Source: an uncultured Smithella sp.
GTDB lineage: Bacteria > Desulfobacterota > Syntrophia > Syntrophales > Smithellaceae
Direction: 5' to 3'
Assembly: GCA_964443625.1 (NCBI GenBank)
Contig: CAYUDM010000001.1
Coordinates: forward strand, 80,705-144,704
Length of the DNA: 64,000 nucleotides
Shown: in pieces, positions 44,297-54,636 of the stretch
How positions within the stretch are numbered: the first letter of the stretch is position 1
Layout: each line of letters begins with the position of its first letter
The notes under the pieces: generated by a model
Database searches by the model: none
Seen by the model: only the letters and a program-made list of their open reading frames with translations
What the model was told of the DNA's origin: nothing
Position numbers and translations under genes: made by a program

Positions 44297-45625
44297 ATGT
44301 CAATCTGGAAAGAAAATAGACGCATTCTCCTGACCTGCCCCAAGGGGGTGGTCTCCTTGCTCAAATCGGAGGTGGAGCAGCTCGGTTACGCGGTCGTCGG
44401 AGAGATCGACACAGCCGTCTCCATCGACGGGACGATGACGGACGCCATGCGGTTGAATCTGCATCTGCGCACCGCGTCGCGAATCCTGTACCAGCTTCAA
44501 TCCTTCAAGGCTATTTCGCCCGCTTCGGTGTATGACCGCGTTTCTTCCCTGCCCTGGGAAGCCTGGCTTCACGAGTCGGGACCCCAGGCCTATATTTGCG
44601 TCACCTCGGTCGTCGAAAATCCGCTCATCAACGATTCCCGCTTCGTCAATGTAAAAGTCAAAGATGCCATTGTGGACCGCATCCGGAATGAACGAGGCGC
44701 GCGGCCGGATTCCGGCCCCGAACGCGACCGTGCGGTGATTCACATCTACTGGAAGAACGATCAGGCAAGCGTTTATCTCGACACCAGCGGAGAACGCCTG
44801 TCGATGCGGGGATATCGGAAAATTCCACTGACCGCGCCTCTTCAGGAAGGTCTGGCCGCGGCGCTGATTTTAGCCACGTCCTGGCGAGGCAAAGGCGCGC
44901 TTATCAATCCGATGTGCGGCAGCGGAACGCTCGCCATCGAGGCGGCATTGATTGCGCAAAACCGGGCGCCGGGTCTTCTGCGTAACCGGTTCGGGTTCAT
45001 GTCGATCAGGGATTTCCCCGCCGATGCCTGGCAGGACATGCGCAGGCAGGCTCGAAAGCAATCCTTCAGCCCGGCCCGACTCCGGATTATCGCCACCGAT
45101 ATCGACCCGCGCGCCGTGGAAGCCGCGCGTCGAAACGCGCAGACGGCCGGTGTAGATCACTGCCTTGAATTTCACGTCTGCCCTTTCGAGCAAACGCCCA
45201 TCCCGCCGGGAGGCGGCATCCTCGTCGTCAACCCCCCCTACGGCGAACGCCTGGACACCGTTGCGGACGGGCCCAAAACAATCTCCAGCGCCCGCCGCGA
45301 CGCGTCGGGAAACCGTTTCATCATGCGCAAAGCCTCCCTGCAGCCGAAACCATCCGCCGCAATCGCCGCGCTGCAAAACCTGGAAACACTGTACGCCGGA
45401 CTGGGAAACTTTTTTAAACAGTCCGCCCGCGGTTATCAGGCCTACATCTTTACCGGCAATCTGGGAATGATCAAAAAAATCGGCCTGCAAACCAAACGAC
45501 GCCTGACCTTTTTCAATGGCGACATTGAATGCCGCCTGCTGGAATACGACCTTTACGCCGGCAGCAAAAAAGTCAGAGGACCGAAAGATGCTCCACCGGC
45601 ATCTTCTCCACAAGACGACGCTTAA
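44297..45625 (+). CDS. THUMP-domain class I RNA methyltransferase (RlmL/UPF0020-like)
   Basis: MSIWKENRRILLTCPKG...RLNLHLRTASRILYQL is the THUMP region. The methyltransferase half has INPMCGSGTLAIEAA and VVNPPYGERL (NPPY). Confidence 0.85.
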   Translation: MSIWKENRRILLTCPKGVVSLLKSEVEQLGYAVVGEIDTAVSIDGTMTDAMRLNLHLRTASRILYQLQSFKAISPASVYDRVSSLPWEAWLHESGPQAYICVTSVVENPLINDSRFVNVKVKDAIVDRIRNERGARPDSGPERDRAVIHIYWKNDQASVYLDTSGERLSMRGYRKIPLTAPLQEGLAAALILATSWRGKGALINPMCGSGTLAIEAALIAQNRAPGLLRNRFGFMSIRDFPADAWQDMRRQARKQSFSPARLRIIATDIDPRAVEAARRNAQTAGVDHCLEFHVCPFEQTPIPPGGGILVVNPPYGERLDTVADGPKTISSARRDASGNRFIMRKASLQPKPSAAIAALQNLETLYAGLGNFFKQSARGYQAYIFTGNLGMIKKIGLQTKRRLTFFNGDIECRLLEYDLYAGSKKVRGPKDAPPASSPQDDA

Positions 45626-45704
45626 GAAAAATCTGTCGCAAACCGATAAGAACCGGTCAGCGCCGCGAAACCTTTTGCCATGGGTCTTTTTTTGCGGCAA
45701 GACT

Positions 45705-47519
45705 ATGCAAAGCAAAAGGAAACTTTCCGCAATGCCCAGAAAACTCTTCATTCTCGCGTTCCTTTTTCTTGCCACGTCCTGCCTGCCGTCGCAGAACATC
45801 ACAGCGGGCAGCCCTACGGTCGGGACGCTGTCCGCATTTGAAGATCCGGCGGGTCATTTAAACATTTTGGACATCCTCGACAGAAAAGATGAATTCCAAA
45901 CCGCTTCCGGAGAAACCCCGAACTTTCTTCTGACACGCTCCGCCTGGTGGTTTCGTATTCCCGTCCAATACACCGGCTTCGAAAACAAAACCTTCTATCT
46001 CGATGTGTTGTATCCAACGCTCGATGATGTTTTGCTTTTCGTCGTCGGCGCAGACGGCCCCCGCGGCTTTCAGCGAACAGGAGATCGCATCCCGGCCGAG
46101 GCGAGGCCCTTTCCGGATGCCATGACGCTCGTTGTCCCCTTCGATCTGCAAGCCGGAGAATCCGTCGATCTTTACATCCGCGTCCGGGGGAACGCTCAGG
46201 CGCTTTTATTTCCTTTTAAAATTCGGACCGAGGCGGAGCTGCGCAAGTCGCTTGCGACGGAACGGTTTATTCACGGCATCATGGCGGGGCTCTTTGTGGC
46301 CCTTCTGACTTTTAACTTTTTTCTCTACATCATGCTCAGAGAGCCATCCCGGCTTTACTTCATGGCCTATCTGCCGTTTGTGTTTCTCGCCTTTACCGCG
46401 CTCGACGGATTCGGCCCGACGGTGATCTACCCGGACAATACCTGGTTTGTAAATGAAGGATTGGTTTTTTTCCACGGCTTGAGTTCCATTTTCATACTGC
46501 TTTTCACACGGGTTTTCCTTCGAACGGAAAAAGGCGTCATTTTCGACCGGGGCGTCAAAGCCGTCGGTATCATCAGCATCCTGCTGGTTTTATCGGCCTT
46601 TCTCATCCCGGTGCGTCAGGCCTATCTGTTTAGCGCCTCAATGCTTTTAGTGACGCCCCTTGTCCTGATGCTTCTTAGCTTCACGGCATGGCGTCGGGGA
46701 AAAACGGAGGTGCGATTCTACGTTCTGGCGCAAAGCGCTTCGTTTCTTGGGGGCTTGTTGTTTGTTTTGATGGTGTCGGGTATTTTGCCTTTCTCCAAAT
46801 GGTTTCTGGAAGCCATCCCGATCGGTGTGTGCACGGGAGCGCTCATGCACTCTCTGGCCATCGCCGACCGCATTCGCATTCTTGAGCAAAAAAACAAAGC
46901 CGCCGAAGAAACCGCTCGTCGAAATCTGGAATTGCGTCAGGAAGAGTTGGAGACACTGGTCGCGCAAAGGACGCATGAACTGGAAACCGCACGCCGTGAA
47001 GCGGAACGACAGGCAACCACGGATGCGTTGACCGGCATCTTCAACCGGCGGGGACTGCTGGCCGATGCCGACCGGGCCATGAAGCTGACGCTTCGCTATG
47101 GACGGCCTTTGTCTCTGGCCATGTTCGACATCGACCGATTCAAAGCCATCAACGATCAATACGGCCATCTGGAAGGCGACCGGATCTTGCAGGAAATCAC
47201 ACGGGTGGTCTCACATGAAATCCGAACAACCGATTTGTTCGGACGCGTCGGGGGAGAAGAATTTCTGATCGTCATGCCCGACACCCCGTCGCAGGCCGCA
47301 TCCGACCTGGCTGAGCGACTCCGCGCGCGGATCGAGGAAAATATTCGAACCGGACATCCGGCCCGGACCGTCACCGCCAGTTTCGGCGTTGCGTGCCTGT
47401 CCGCTAAAAACAGCACACTGCGCCTGCTCATTGAGGCCTCCGATGCCGCGCTTTACAAGGCCAAGCAAAACGGCCGCAATCGAGTTGAAATCGATGATCC
47501 GCAAAGGACGTTTCTCTAG
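45705..47519 (+). CDS. Diguanylate cyclase with 7TMR-DISM extracellular and 7TM sensor domains
   Basis: The start is at ATG 45705 (MQSKRKLSAMPRKLFILAFLFLATSC...); the track's longer ORF overlaps the previous gene. The protein has a DISMED2-like extracellular region, 7 TM helices and a coiled coil. The GGDEF domain has GGEEF and an RTTD I-site five residues upstream. Confidence 0.85.
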   Translation: MQSKRKLSAMPRKLFILAFLFLATSCLPSQNITAGSPTVGTLSAFEDPAGHLNILDILDRKDEFQTASGETPNFLLTRSAWWFRIPVQYTGFENKTFYLDVLYPTLDDVLLFVVGADGPRGFQRTGDRIPAEARPFPDAMTLVVPFDLQAGESVDLYIRVRGNAQALLFPFKIRTEAELRKSLATERFIHGIMAGLFVALLTFNFFLYIMLREPSRLYFMAYLPFVFLAFTALDGFGPTVIYPDNTWFVNEGLVFFHGLSSIFILLFTRVFLRTEKGVIFDRGVKAVGIISILLVLSAFLIPVRQAYLFSASMLLVTPLVLMLLSFTAWRRGKTEVRFYVLAQSASFLGGLLFVLMVSGILPFSKWFLEAIPIGVCTGALMHSLAIADRIRILEQKNKAAEETARRNLELRQEELETLVAQRTHELETARREAERQATTDALTGIFNRRGLLADADRAMKLTLRYGRPLSLAMFDIDRFKAINDQYGHLEGDRILQEITRVVSHEIRTTDLFGRVGGEEFLIVMPDTPSQAASDLAERLRARIEENIRTGHPARTVTASFGVACLSAKNSTLRLLIEASDAALYKAKQNGRNRVEIDDPQRTFL

Positions 47520-47845
47520 CTCGCCGATTCCTTTTCTTTGGCCTTGGCCGCCTTTTTAGCCGCCTTCGCCATGGCCTTTTGTGCCTTCTTGTCGAAAACG
47601 GCGGGCTGTGACGTTTTTTGAAGCGCTTGCCCGGAGGACTCGATCACGGGGGTCTGCGGCCTGGCCGACGATTCGGGACCCTGCGCTTTTTCTAGTTTGT
47701 TTTCTTTTTCCCTTTTCAGTCGCGCTTTTTTAACAATGGCTTCCGCCAGCATTCTGCCGAACTGCCCGATAAATCCGGCAATGAGGACCAACACGACCCA
47801 CTTGAGCGCGGACCATGTGCTCAAGTAATCCAAAATTTCAGACAT
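47516..47845 (-). CDS. Small single-pass membrane protein with a Lys/Ala-rich tail
   Basis: 109 aa with one TM helix (WVVLVLIAGFIGQFG) followed by a low-complexity basic tail. Its stop overlaps the stop of the convergent DGC gene. Confidence 0.4.
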   Translation of the reverse strand: MSEILDYLSTWSALKWVVLVLIAGFIGQFGRMLAEAIVKKARLKREKENKLEKAQGPESSARPQTPVIESSGQALQKTSQPAVFDKKAQKAMAKAAKKAAKAKEKESAS

Positions 47846-48067
47846 ACAGACCTCCCAAAAAGGGTTGACCGAAAGGGCCGACCGACCGAAACGGCAAGCC
47901 CTTTATACTCGAATCACGCGTTCCCTCTCAAGGATTATGTTTTCCGATACTCAGGCGGCGCAGGAAGAGACCGGAGCCCTCAGACATTGAAATCGCGCCG
48001 GGCATCTGCTATACAACACGCGGTTATCTAGTACCGGCCAAAGCGCCATCATGGAGATTTTTGCGAC

Positions 48068-49153
48068 ATGATTTGTTTGTCAAGAAGCGCCCTAACCGCT
48101 TTCATCCTCCTGGCCTTTCTTTGCGCCTGCTCGCCACCTCGCATTCAACCTGTCTCCGGTTCGGCCGCGGAGCCGCCATCCGCGGCTTTTTTCCGGGCGG
48201 CAAAAAGCGGAAATCTGGTGGACCTGATGCGTCTGGTGGAAGAAAAGACCGTGCCGATCTCAACGCGGGACGCCTCGGGCTGGAACGCGCTGATGTATGC
48301 GGCGCAAAACGGGCACGAAGGCATCGCGGAATACTGCTTAAAAATGGGTGAAAAAATCGAGGGCCGCGACAAAGACGGGCTCACGGCGCTGATGATCGCC
48401 GTCAACTACCGTCAAACCGGCATGGTCCTGTATCTGCTCGAATCCGGGGCGCAGGCCGACACGCAGGATAAAAACGGTTACACACCGCTCATGTGGGCCG
48501 TCTACAACAAAAGCGATGACAGCATCGCCCCGCTTCTGAAAACCGGGCTGGCCCTTGACGCCCGGAATCGATCCGGGCAAACAGCGCTGCATCTGGCCTA
48601 TTACTACCAAATGACGGACGCCGCCCGGAAAATCCTCGCGGCGGGCGCGGCGGTGGGTCTTCGCGACAATTACCTTCAGACACCGCTGCATCTGGCGGCG
48701 TCCTCAGGCAACCTTCCCGGTGTAAAAAGTCTGCTGGCCCGCGGCGCCGATCCGAATAGCCCGGATGACCGAAATGAAACGCCGCTTCTCAAGGCGCTAG
48801 CAGCCGGCTCCGGCGACACGGCGCTTTTCCTCGCCGGACAAACGGCCCGGATCGATCAGCGCGACCGGCAGGGCCAAACGGCGCTGCATCTGGCCGTCCA
48901 AAGGGACCTGCCCGATGTCGTCACCGCCTTACTGTCAAAAGGCGCGAATCCCGACGCCAAAGACAATCAGGGCTACACACCGCTGATGAGCGCGGCTCGC
49001 TGGGGTCTGGAAAATATTGTAAAAAGCCTGCTTGGCGCCGGCGCGTCGGCGCGGATAAAAAATGCATACGGAGAAACGGCCGGCGACATTGCCGTGAGCT
49101 ACCGGCAGCATCGGGTAGCTGAAATGATCAAGAAAAAGGCGACGGCGAGATGA
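48068..49153 (+). CDS. Ankyrin-repeat lipoprotein
   Basis: 361 aa. The signal peptide has a lipobox-like AFLCAC. About 9 ankyrin repeats are present (G.NALMYAAQNGH, GLTALMIAV, GYTPLMWAV, GQTALHLA repeated, TPLHLAASSG, and so on). Confidence 0.85.
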   Translation: MICLSRSALTAFILLAFLCACSPPRIQPVSGSAAEPPSAAFFRAAKSGNLVDLMRLVEEKTVPISTRDASGWNALMYAAQNGHEGIAEYCLKMGEKIEGRDKDGLTALMIAVNYRQTGMVLYLLESGAQADTQDKNGYTPLMWAVYNKSDDSIAPLLKTGLALDARNRSGQTALHLAYYYQMTDAARKILAAGAAVGLRDNYLQTPLHLAASSGNLPGVKSLLARGADPNSPDDRNETPLLKALAAGSGDTALFLAGQTARIDQRDRQGQTALHLAVQRDLPDVVTALLSKGANPDAKDNQGYTPLMSAARWGLENIVKSLLGAGASARIKNAYGETAGDIAVSYRQHRVAEMIKKKATAR

Positions 49154-50445
49154 ACGGTCGATTAAAACACATGCGGGTTCTTCTGCGGATTCTGACCGCC
49201 GCTTGTGTTCTTACCGGTCTGGGAGGCTGCAGCTATCTGAGCATTCCCCCCCACGACAATATCGCGCCAAAACCCGCGCAAGGCGGCACAGTGGATCCGT
49301 CTTCCTACAACTGCGCCGTCATTCAAGGAAAAATCATCCCCTGGCGAAAAAACCCGCCTGCCACGCTCATCATCGCCTGGCGGCTCGCACCCGGCAACGC
49401 AGCCTTTTCCGAATACACAACCACCGATTCAAACGGCGCCTTTTCTTTGTATTTGCCGCAGGGCCGATACCAGCTTTATGCCGTAACGGACGACAATCAA
49501 AACGGCATTTTTGAAGACACGGAAGTCTGCGGTGTTTACGGGTCTTACGAGTCTATAAAAAGCATTGATCTCCGGGAAGGCAATCTCTTAAACAATGTCA
49601 TCATTTTCACCTCCTCCGATGACCGAAAAACGCCGGCACTGCCGGCTTCGCTGCCCTTTGGCGACGCAAAATTCTTCGATCATCGCCGCACGCAAAACGG
49701 CCAGGTTTTAAAAATCTATTCGGAGGTCTTCTCCCCTAAAAACGCGCAGACCGGATACTGGAACCCCACGGCATTCATGAGGACGTTCGGCGCGCAAATC
49801 TATTTGACCGAACCTTACAACCCGAAGAAAATTCCAGTTTTGTTCGTCCACGGAACGGAAGGCACGCCACATAACTGGATTTACTTTTACATGCGCCTGG
49901 ACCACAGCCGCTACCAGATGTGGCATTACTATTATCCTTCCGGCATCCGCCTGCCTCTGGCGGCATCGCTTCTCGACGAGGCGCTGAGTCAGCTGCAAGC
50001 CAAATACCGGTTTCATAAGATAGCCGTCGTGGCGCACAGCGTGGGCGGGCTGACCGCCCGTTCCTTTCTGGTTCGACATGCGAAAGACGGTCGGTTCGAC
50101 TGCGTCAAGGTATTGATCACGCTTGCCACCCCCTGGAGCGGATTTCCCATGGCGGATGCCTCCCAGGTGATAACCCATAAGAGCATCCCCGTCTGGCGCG
50201 ATCTGGGAACGCAAAGTGTTTTTATCCGTCAGACACTTGCGGCGGATTTACCCCGTACTGTCAGACACTATCTGTTTTACGGAAAAAATGATGTGCTTGC
50301 GGCGGATGCTGCGCTCGATCGCCGCGCCACCGAAGGCGCGGTGAAGGTTTTGGAATTTGACTGCTGCCACGATTCCATTTTAAGCAGCCGTATGGTCTTT
50401 GCTACTTTTGCCGATATCCTCAATCGGGAATTCAATTCTAAATGA
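49150..50445 (+). CDS. Lipoprotein with an N-terminal beta-sandwich-like region and a C-terminal alpha/beta-hydrolase (lipase/esterase) domain
   Basis: 431 aa. The lipobox is LTGLGGCS. The hydrolase region has VLFVHGTEGTPHNW and the nucleophile elbow VVAHSVGGL (GxSxG-type). Its start forms an ATGA overlap with the ankyrin gene's stop. Confidence 0.75.
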   Translation: MNGRLKHMRVLLRILTAACVLTGLGGCSYLSIPPHDNIAPKPAQGGTVDPSSYNCAVIQGKIIPWRKNPPATLIIAWRLAPGNAAFSEYTTTDSNGAFSLYLPQGRYQLYAVTDDNQNGIFEDTEVCGVYGSYESIKSIDLREGNLLNNVIIFTSSDDRKTPALPASLPFGDAKFFDHRRTQNGQVLKIYSEVFSPKNAQTGYWNPTAFMRTFGAQIYLTEPYNPKKIPVLFVHGTEGTPHNWIYFYMRLDHSRYQMWHYYYPSGIRLPLAASLLDEALSQLQAKYRFHKIAVVAHSVGGLTARSFLVRHAKDGRFDCVKVLITLATPWSGFPMADASQVITHKSIPVWRDLGTQSVFIRQTLAADLPRTVRHYLFYGKNDVLAADAALDRRATEGAVKVLEFDCCHDSILSSRMVFATFADILNREFNSK

Positions 50446-50473
50446 CGCCCCAGTTGTCCAGGAGAACTCATCC

Positions 50474-52147
50474 TCAGCAGTCCGTCTTCATCCTGGATCT
50501 TTTTCCTATCTCTATGTGATCCCACGGCAGGATTTCATCGGGGAGTTTTTCTCGATACACGTAAAAATCCGGATTGATATGGACGGCTTTGAGTGCCCGC
50601 GGCCAGTTGCCATTTTTTGCGTGCGCGGAAAGCAGAATATCGCCCACCCGTCTGTCTCCCAACGCCAGAAGGGCCTGAACATAGTTCCATTTGGGAACAT
50701 CATGGATGACGCTGATCTGTTTGTCCCGGCGAAAAGCGGACACAACCTTGTGGATTTTTCTTGCCACCTCCGCGATGTCCGCAAGGGGATGACGTTCAAA
50801 AGGCGTGCGGGGCTTGGGAATGAACTGATTGATGCTCAGTGTAATACGACGAAATTTTTTCCTGCCTTCGGTGCGGAAAAGCGCCTCATGCTGGATTTTC
50901 TTAACAAGATCAATGATCGCGTCGATGTCGGTTTCCTGTTCCGTCGGCAGTCCGACCATGAAATACAGGCGAAGCTGCAAAATGCCGCCCGCAAGAAGAG
51001 ACAACGCGGCCTCAATAATCTTCCGGTCGGACAGATCCTTGCAAACCGCGGCCCGCAGTCGCTCCGATCCGGCCTCGGGGGCAAGCGCCACGGTCTCAAT
51101 ACCGCTTTCAACCAAAATGCTGACCATCGGGGCGTCGATCCGGTCGGCCCGCAGCGAACCGATGCCGACCTTTCCGCCACGATCCAGGATATAACGGCAG
51201 ATCGCAAGTAGCTCGGGATGGTCGGACACCGCCGTGCCGACGAGTCCGATTCTATTTTTCCTGGCCAAACCCCGGTCCAGTGCCGGCGCCAGGTCATCCA
51301 AGCGGCGAAAGCGCACAGGCGCATAAAGATGTCCCGCGGCGCAAAAAAGGCAGCGCCTCGGGCAGCCGCGGTTCACTTCAACAAGATACATCTCCGACAT
51401 CTCGGTATCGGGCGCGCTGATGACTTCTTCCGTGGAAAACCCGTCGAGCCGTTTTATCGCGCGAACCCGGATGCACGCCGGCAGCCCCGCCGCAAGTGGC
51501 TCGACGCCCGTTGTGGTTCCGTCGGCCGCATACTTGACACGATACAGAGAAGGCACGTAGACGCCCGCCAGGCTTTTTTGCATCTCGACGAGAAGCTCCC
51601 GGCGCGGCCGACCGGCGGCTTTCGCCCCGTCGAAAAGATCGCAGAAACGGGGCAGACCTTCCTCGGCTTCCCCCAAAAGAAAGACATCGATAAAATCAGC
51701 CATCGGCTCGGGGTTGATCGAAAAAGCGACGCCGCCGCCCAGCACGAGCGGATGGCTCTCCGAGCGATCGGCGGATTTCAGGGGCAGGCCCGCCGCATCG
51801 AGTATTTTCAGAAGATGGGAGTAGTCGTTTTCAAAGGAAACGGAAAAAGCCACGATGTCGAATTCACCCAGAGGTTTTCGACTTTCCAGACTAATCGCCT
51901 CCGCCGCGACGGCGGCGGATTCGGCGCCGCCGCCTGCCGCGGACAGAAAGGCTCTCTCACAAAGAAAGGAGGGGTGCTCGTTAATAATTTTATAAACAGC
52001 CTGAAAACCCAGATTCGCCATGCCCGCCCGGTAACTATTGGGATAAACCAGGCAGACGCTCAACGCGCTTCCCCACACCTTAGCGGGGGGGCCCTGCTCG
52101 CGCGCCAGAAGCGCTTCGCTTTGCTTTCGAAGTTTCCAGTTCATCAC
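50474..52147 (-). CDS. Radical SAM protein with a B12-binding-like N-terminal domain (uncharacterised rSAM family)
   Basis: 557 aa. The N-terminus is VCLVYPNSYRAGMANLGFQAVY, and the cluster motif VEVNRGCPRRCLFCAAG is CX3CX2C. It lies 57 nt downstream of ftsZ on the same strand. Confidence 0.85.
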   Translation of the reverse strand: MMNWKLRKQSEALLAREQGPPAKVWGSALSVCLVYPNSYRAGMANLGFQAVYKIINEHPSFLCERAFLSAAGGGAESAAVAAEAISLESRKPLGEFDIVAFSVSFENDYSHLLKILDAAGLPLKSADRSESHPLVLGGGVAFSINPEPMADFIDVFLLGEAEEGLPRFCDLFDGAKAAGRPRRELLVEMQKSLAGVYVPSLYRVKYAADGTTTGVEPLAAGLPACIRVRAIKRLDGFSTEEVISAPDTEMSEMYLVEVNRGCPRRCLFCAAGHLYAPVRFRRLDDLAPALDRGLARKNRIGLVGTAVSDHPELLAICRYILDRGGKVGIGSLRADRIDAPMVSILVESGIETVALAPEAGSERLRAAVCKDLSDRKIIEAALSLLAGGILQLRLYFMVGLPTEQETDIDAIIDLVKKIQHEALFRTEGRKKFRRITLSINQFIPKPRTPFERHPLADIAEVARKIHKVVSAFRRDKQISVIHDVPKWNYVQALLALGDRRVGDILLSAHAKNGNWPRALKAVHINPDFYVYREKLPDEILPWDHIEIGKRSRMKTDC

Positions 52148-52204
52148 GTCCGTCCGGACTTTTTCTCAATCGCTCCCGTCGGAGGATCTGTCCGGAACAT
52201 TACC

Positions 52205-53362
52205 CTAGTCGGCCTGCCTGCGCAGAAATGTCGGAATTTCCATATCGACATTTTCCACTTCATCCTGAAGGCCCAGCGTCAGCACATTGGCATGATCGCG
52301 CGATTTTTCCTTGCGAATAAACGCCGGCGTGGAGAGGTCTTCCCTGCGGAATCCGCCCAGGTGAGACACGTTGGGTGGTATCTGTTTCTTTTTCATCACG
52401 TCTTCAAACCCCGTGGCGATGACGGTGATGCGGATTTCATCGTTCATGGTCTCATCGATGACGGTACCGAAGATAATATTGGCCTCTTCGTGCGCCTCGG
52501 CCTGAATGAGCGAAGACGCCTCGTTGACTTCGTAGAGGCTCACGTCCAGACCGCCTGTGATGTTAAGCAAAATGCCGCGCGCGCCCTGAATCGTGTTGTC
52601 TTCCAGAAGCGGCGAGGAAATCGCACGCTGTGCGGCCTCGATGGCGCGATTTTCTCCGGATCCGACGCCGGTGCCCATGAGCGCCATACCCATACCGCTC
52701 ATGATGTTTTTCACGTCGGCGAAATCCAGGTTGATGAGCCCCGGCACGATAATGAGATCGGAAATGCCTTTGACGGCCTGGTATAGAATGTCGTCGGCCT
52801 TCTTGAACGCGTCCAGCAGCGACAGGTTGCGTCCCCCCAGGCTCAGCAGACGCTGGTTGGGGACGACGATGAGTGTGTCCACCACATCGCGAAGCGCCGC
52901 GATGCCGTCTTCGGCCTGCTGGTTTCTCTTCTTGCCTTCGAACTGGAAGGGTTTGGTCACAACCGCCACGGTAAGCGCACCGCTTTCACGGGCGATCTGC
53001 GCAATGACCGGCGCCGCTCCCGTTCCCGTACCGCCGCCCAGACCCGCGGTGACAAAAATCATGTCCGCGCCCTCCAAGTGCGCGCGGATTTCGTCGCGTG
53101 ACTCCAGAGCCGACTGCTTCCCGATATCCGGGTTGGAACCCGCCCCCAGGCCCTTGGTTACCTCCGCGCCGATCTGAAGCTTTACCGGCGCGGCCGACGC
53201 GGAAAGCGCCTGCGCGTCGGTATTGGCGATAATGAAATCCACCCCCTTGAGGCTATAGGAGATCATCGTGTTAACGGCGTTGCCGCCGCCCCCTCCCGCA
53301 CCGATCACTTTAATTCTTGCCGAATTGTCCAGACAGACTTCCGTTAATTCAAACATGAGCAC
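52205..53362 (-). CDS. ftsZ: Cell division protein FtsZ
   Basis: 385 aa with [15 protein letters not shown] and the tubulin signature [15 protein letters not shown]. Confidence 0.95.
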   Translation of the reverse strand: MLMFELTEVCLDNSARIKVIGAGGGGGNAVNTMISYSLKGVDFIIANTDAQALSASAAPVKLQIGAEVTKGLGAGSNPDIGKQSALESRDEIRAHLEGADMIFVTAGLGGGTGTGAAPVIAQIARESGALTVAVVTKPFQFEGKKRNQQAEDGIAALRDVVDTLIVVPNQRLLSLGGRNLSLLDAFKKADDILYQAVKGISDLIIVPGLINLDFADVKNIMSGMGMALMGTGVGSGENRAIEAAQRAISSPLLEDNTIQGARGILLNITGGLDVSLYEVNEASSLIQAEAHEEANIIFGTVIDETMNDEIRITVIATGFEDVMKKKQIPPNVSHLGGFRREDLSTPAFIRKEKSRDHANVLTLGLQDEVENVDMEIPTFLRRQAD

Positions 53363-53375
53363 CCCCTTCGTGTGT

Positions 53376-54602
53376 TTAGAAAAATTCTAAAAACCATTTT
53401 TTTATGGCCCGAATCCAATCCGTAAAAAAGTTTCCCGTCCGCCGATAGACGGAGTCTCCGTCCAATCTGCGCGACCCGTAAGCGATCAGACCGACGGCAA
53501 CCGCATAGGCCGGCGAGTTGACAACGTCGCTTAACCCTCCTACCCCCTCGGGATGACCGCGCCGCACCGGCATGTCAAAGAGCTGCTCGGCCATCTCGTT
53601 GATCCCCGGCAGAAGCGATGTGCCGCCGGTCAGGACCAGTCCCGCCGCAAGCAAATCCTCATAGCCGGACCGCACAACTTCTTTGAGGGCAAGATTCAAT
53701 ATTTCCTCTATGCGCGGCTCGACAATCCGGCCCAGAATCTGCCTTGAGACCATCCTCGCCTCACGACCGCCCACACTGGGAACCTCGATGGTCTCCTCTT
53801 TGGGAATCATCGCCGTCAGCGCGCAGCCATACTGAAGCTTGATCTTTTCCGCTTCAGCAAGAGGCGTGCGCAACCCTGTGGCGATGTCGGAGGTCAGATA
53901 GTTCCCACCCACCGGCAGGATCGCCGTATGCTTGATGCTGCCTTCCGCGAAAATGGCAATCGATGTGGAGGACCCGCCGATGTCGATGAGCGCAACCCCC
54001 AGATCCTTCTCGTCGGAACTCAAAATCGCTTCGCTGGCCGCCAGCTGTTCCAAAACGATGTCGTCGATATCCAGGCCGACGCGATGGACGGATTTGACCA
54101 CGTTCTGAACCGACGAGGAAGACCCGGTCACAATGTGAACTTTCGCTTCGAGTCTCACGCCGGACATCCCCACCGGATCGCGGATGCCGTCCTGGCCGTC
54201 AACAACGTAATTTTGCGGCAGCGTGTGAAGGATCTCCCGGTCCACCGGAATGGCGATGGCTTTAGAGGCGTCGATCGCCCGCTGCACGTCGTCTTCTCCG
54301 ACTTCCCGACCCTTGACCGCGATGATGCCCAGTGAGTTTTGGCCTTTGATATGGCTTCCGGCAATGCCGATATAAGCGGAATTGATTCGGCATCCGGACA
54401 TATGCTCGGCCTCATCCACGGCTTTTTTCACAGCTTCAACCGTGTTGTCGATATTGACGACGGTACCTTTGCGAAGTTCTTTCGCGGGAGAAACGCCGAA
54501 TCCGATAATGTCGATTCCGGTTTCGGTTATCTCGCCGACCACCGCCGCCGTTTTGGTTGTTCCGATATCAATGCCCACCAGAACCTTGCTTTTTCGCCTC
54601 AT
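53376..54602 (-). CDS. ftsA: Cell division protein FtsA
   Basis: Actin-like ATPase with [16 protein letters not shown] and [14 protein letters not shown] prefer the start at ATG 54602 (MRRKSK...). Confidence 0.95.
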   Translation of the reverse strand: MRRKSKVLVGIDIGTTKTAAVVGEITETGIDIIGFGVSPAKELRKGTVVNIDNTVEAVKKAVDEAEHMSGCRINSAYIGIAGSHIKGQNSLGIIAVKGREVGEDDVQRAIDASKAIAIPVDREILHTLPQNYVVDGQDGIRDPVGMSGVRLEAKVHIVTGSSSSVQNVVKSVHRVGLDIDDIVLEQLAASEAILSSDEKDLGVALIDIGGSSTSIAIFAEGSIKHTAILPVGGNYLTSDIATGLRTPLAEAEKIKLQYGCALTAMIPKEETIEVPSVGGREARMVSRQILGRIVEPRIEEILNLALKEVVRSGYEDLLAAGLVLTGGTSLLPGINEMAEQLFDMPVRRGHPEGVGGLSDVVNSPAYAVAVGLIAYGSRRLDGDSVYRRTGNFFTDWIRAIKKWFLEFF

Positions 54603-54636
54603 GCTGTTCACCTTTTTTACCTTCAACGTCAGTCTG

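Noticed and set aside
47516-47519. Convergent overlap of the stop codons of the second DGC gene and the 109-aa minus-strand ORF
   Set aside because: This is a trivial 4-nt overlap (CTAG) of convergent stops, and the small ORF itself is of low confidence. It is not evidence of anything functional.
51218-52786. 522-aa plus-strand ORF spanning the rSAM gene and the ftsZ 3' end
   Set aside because: It is antisense to two well-supported genes and crosses their intergenic gap. The composition is Arg/Gly/His-rich with no motifs, so it is a shadow ORF. The same reasoning applies to 44870-45802(-), 41717-42751(+), 54382-55275(+), 55617-56453(+), 24164-24883(+), 18962-19741(-), 12691-13518(-), 25198-25959(+), 35591-36388(-) and 33456-34058(+).
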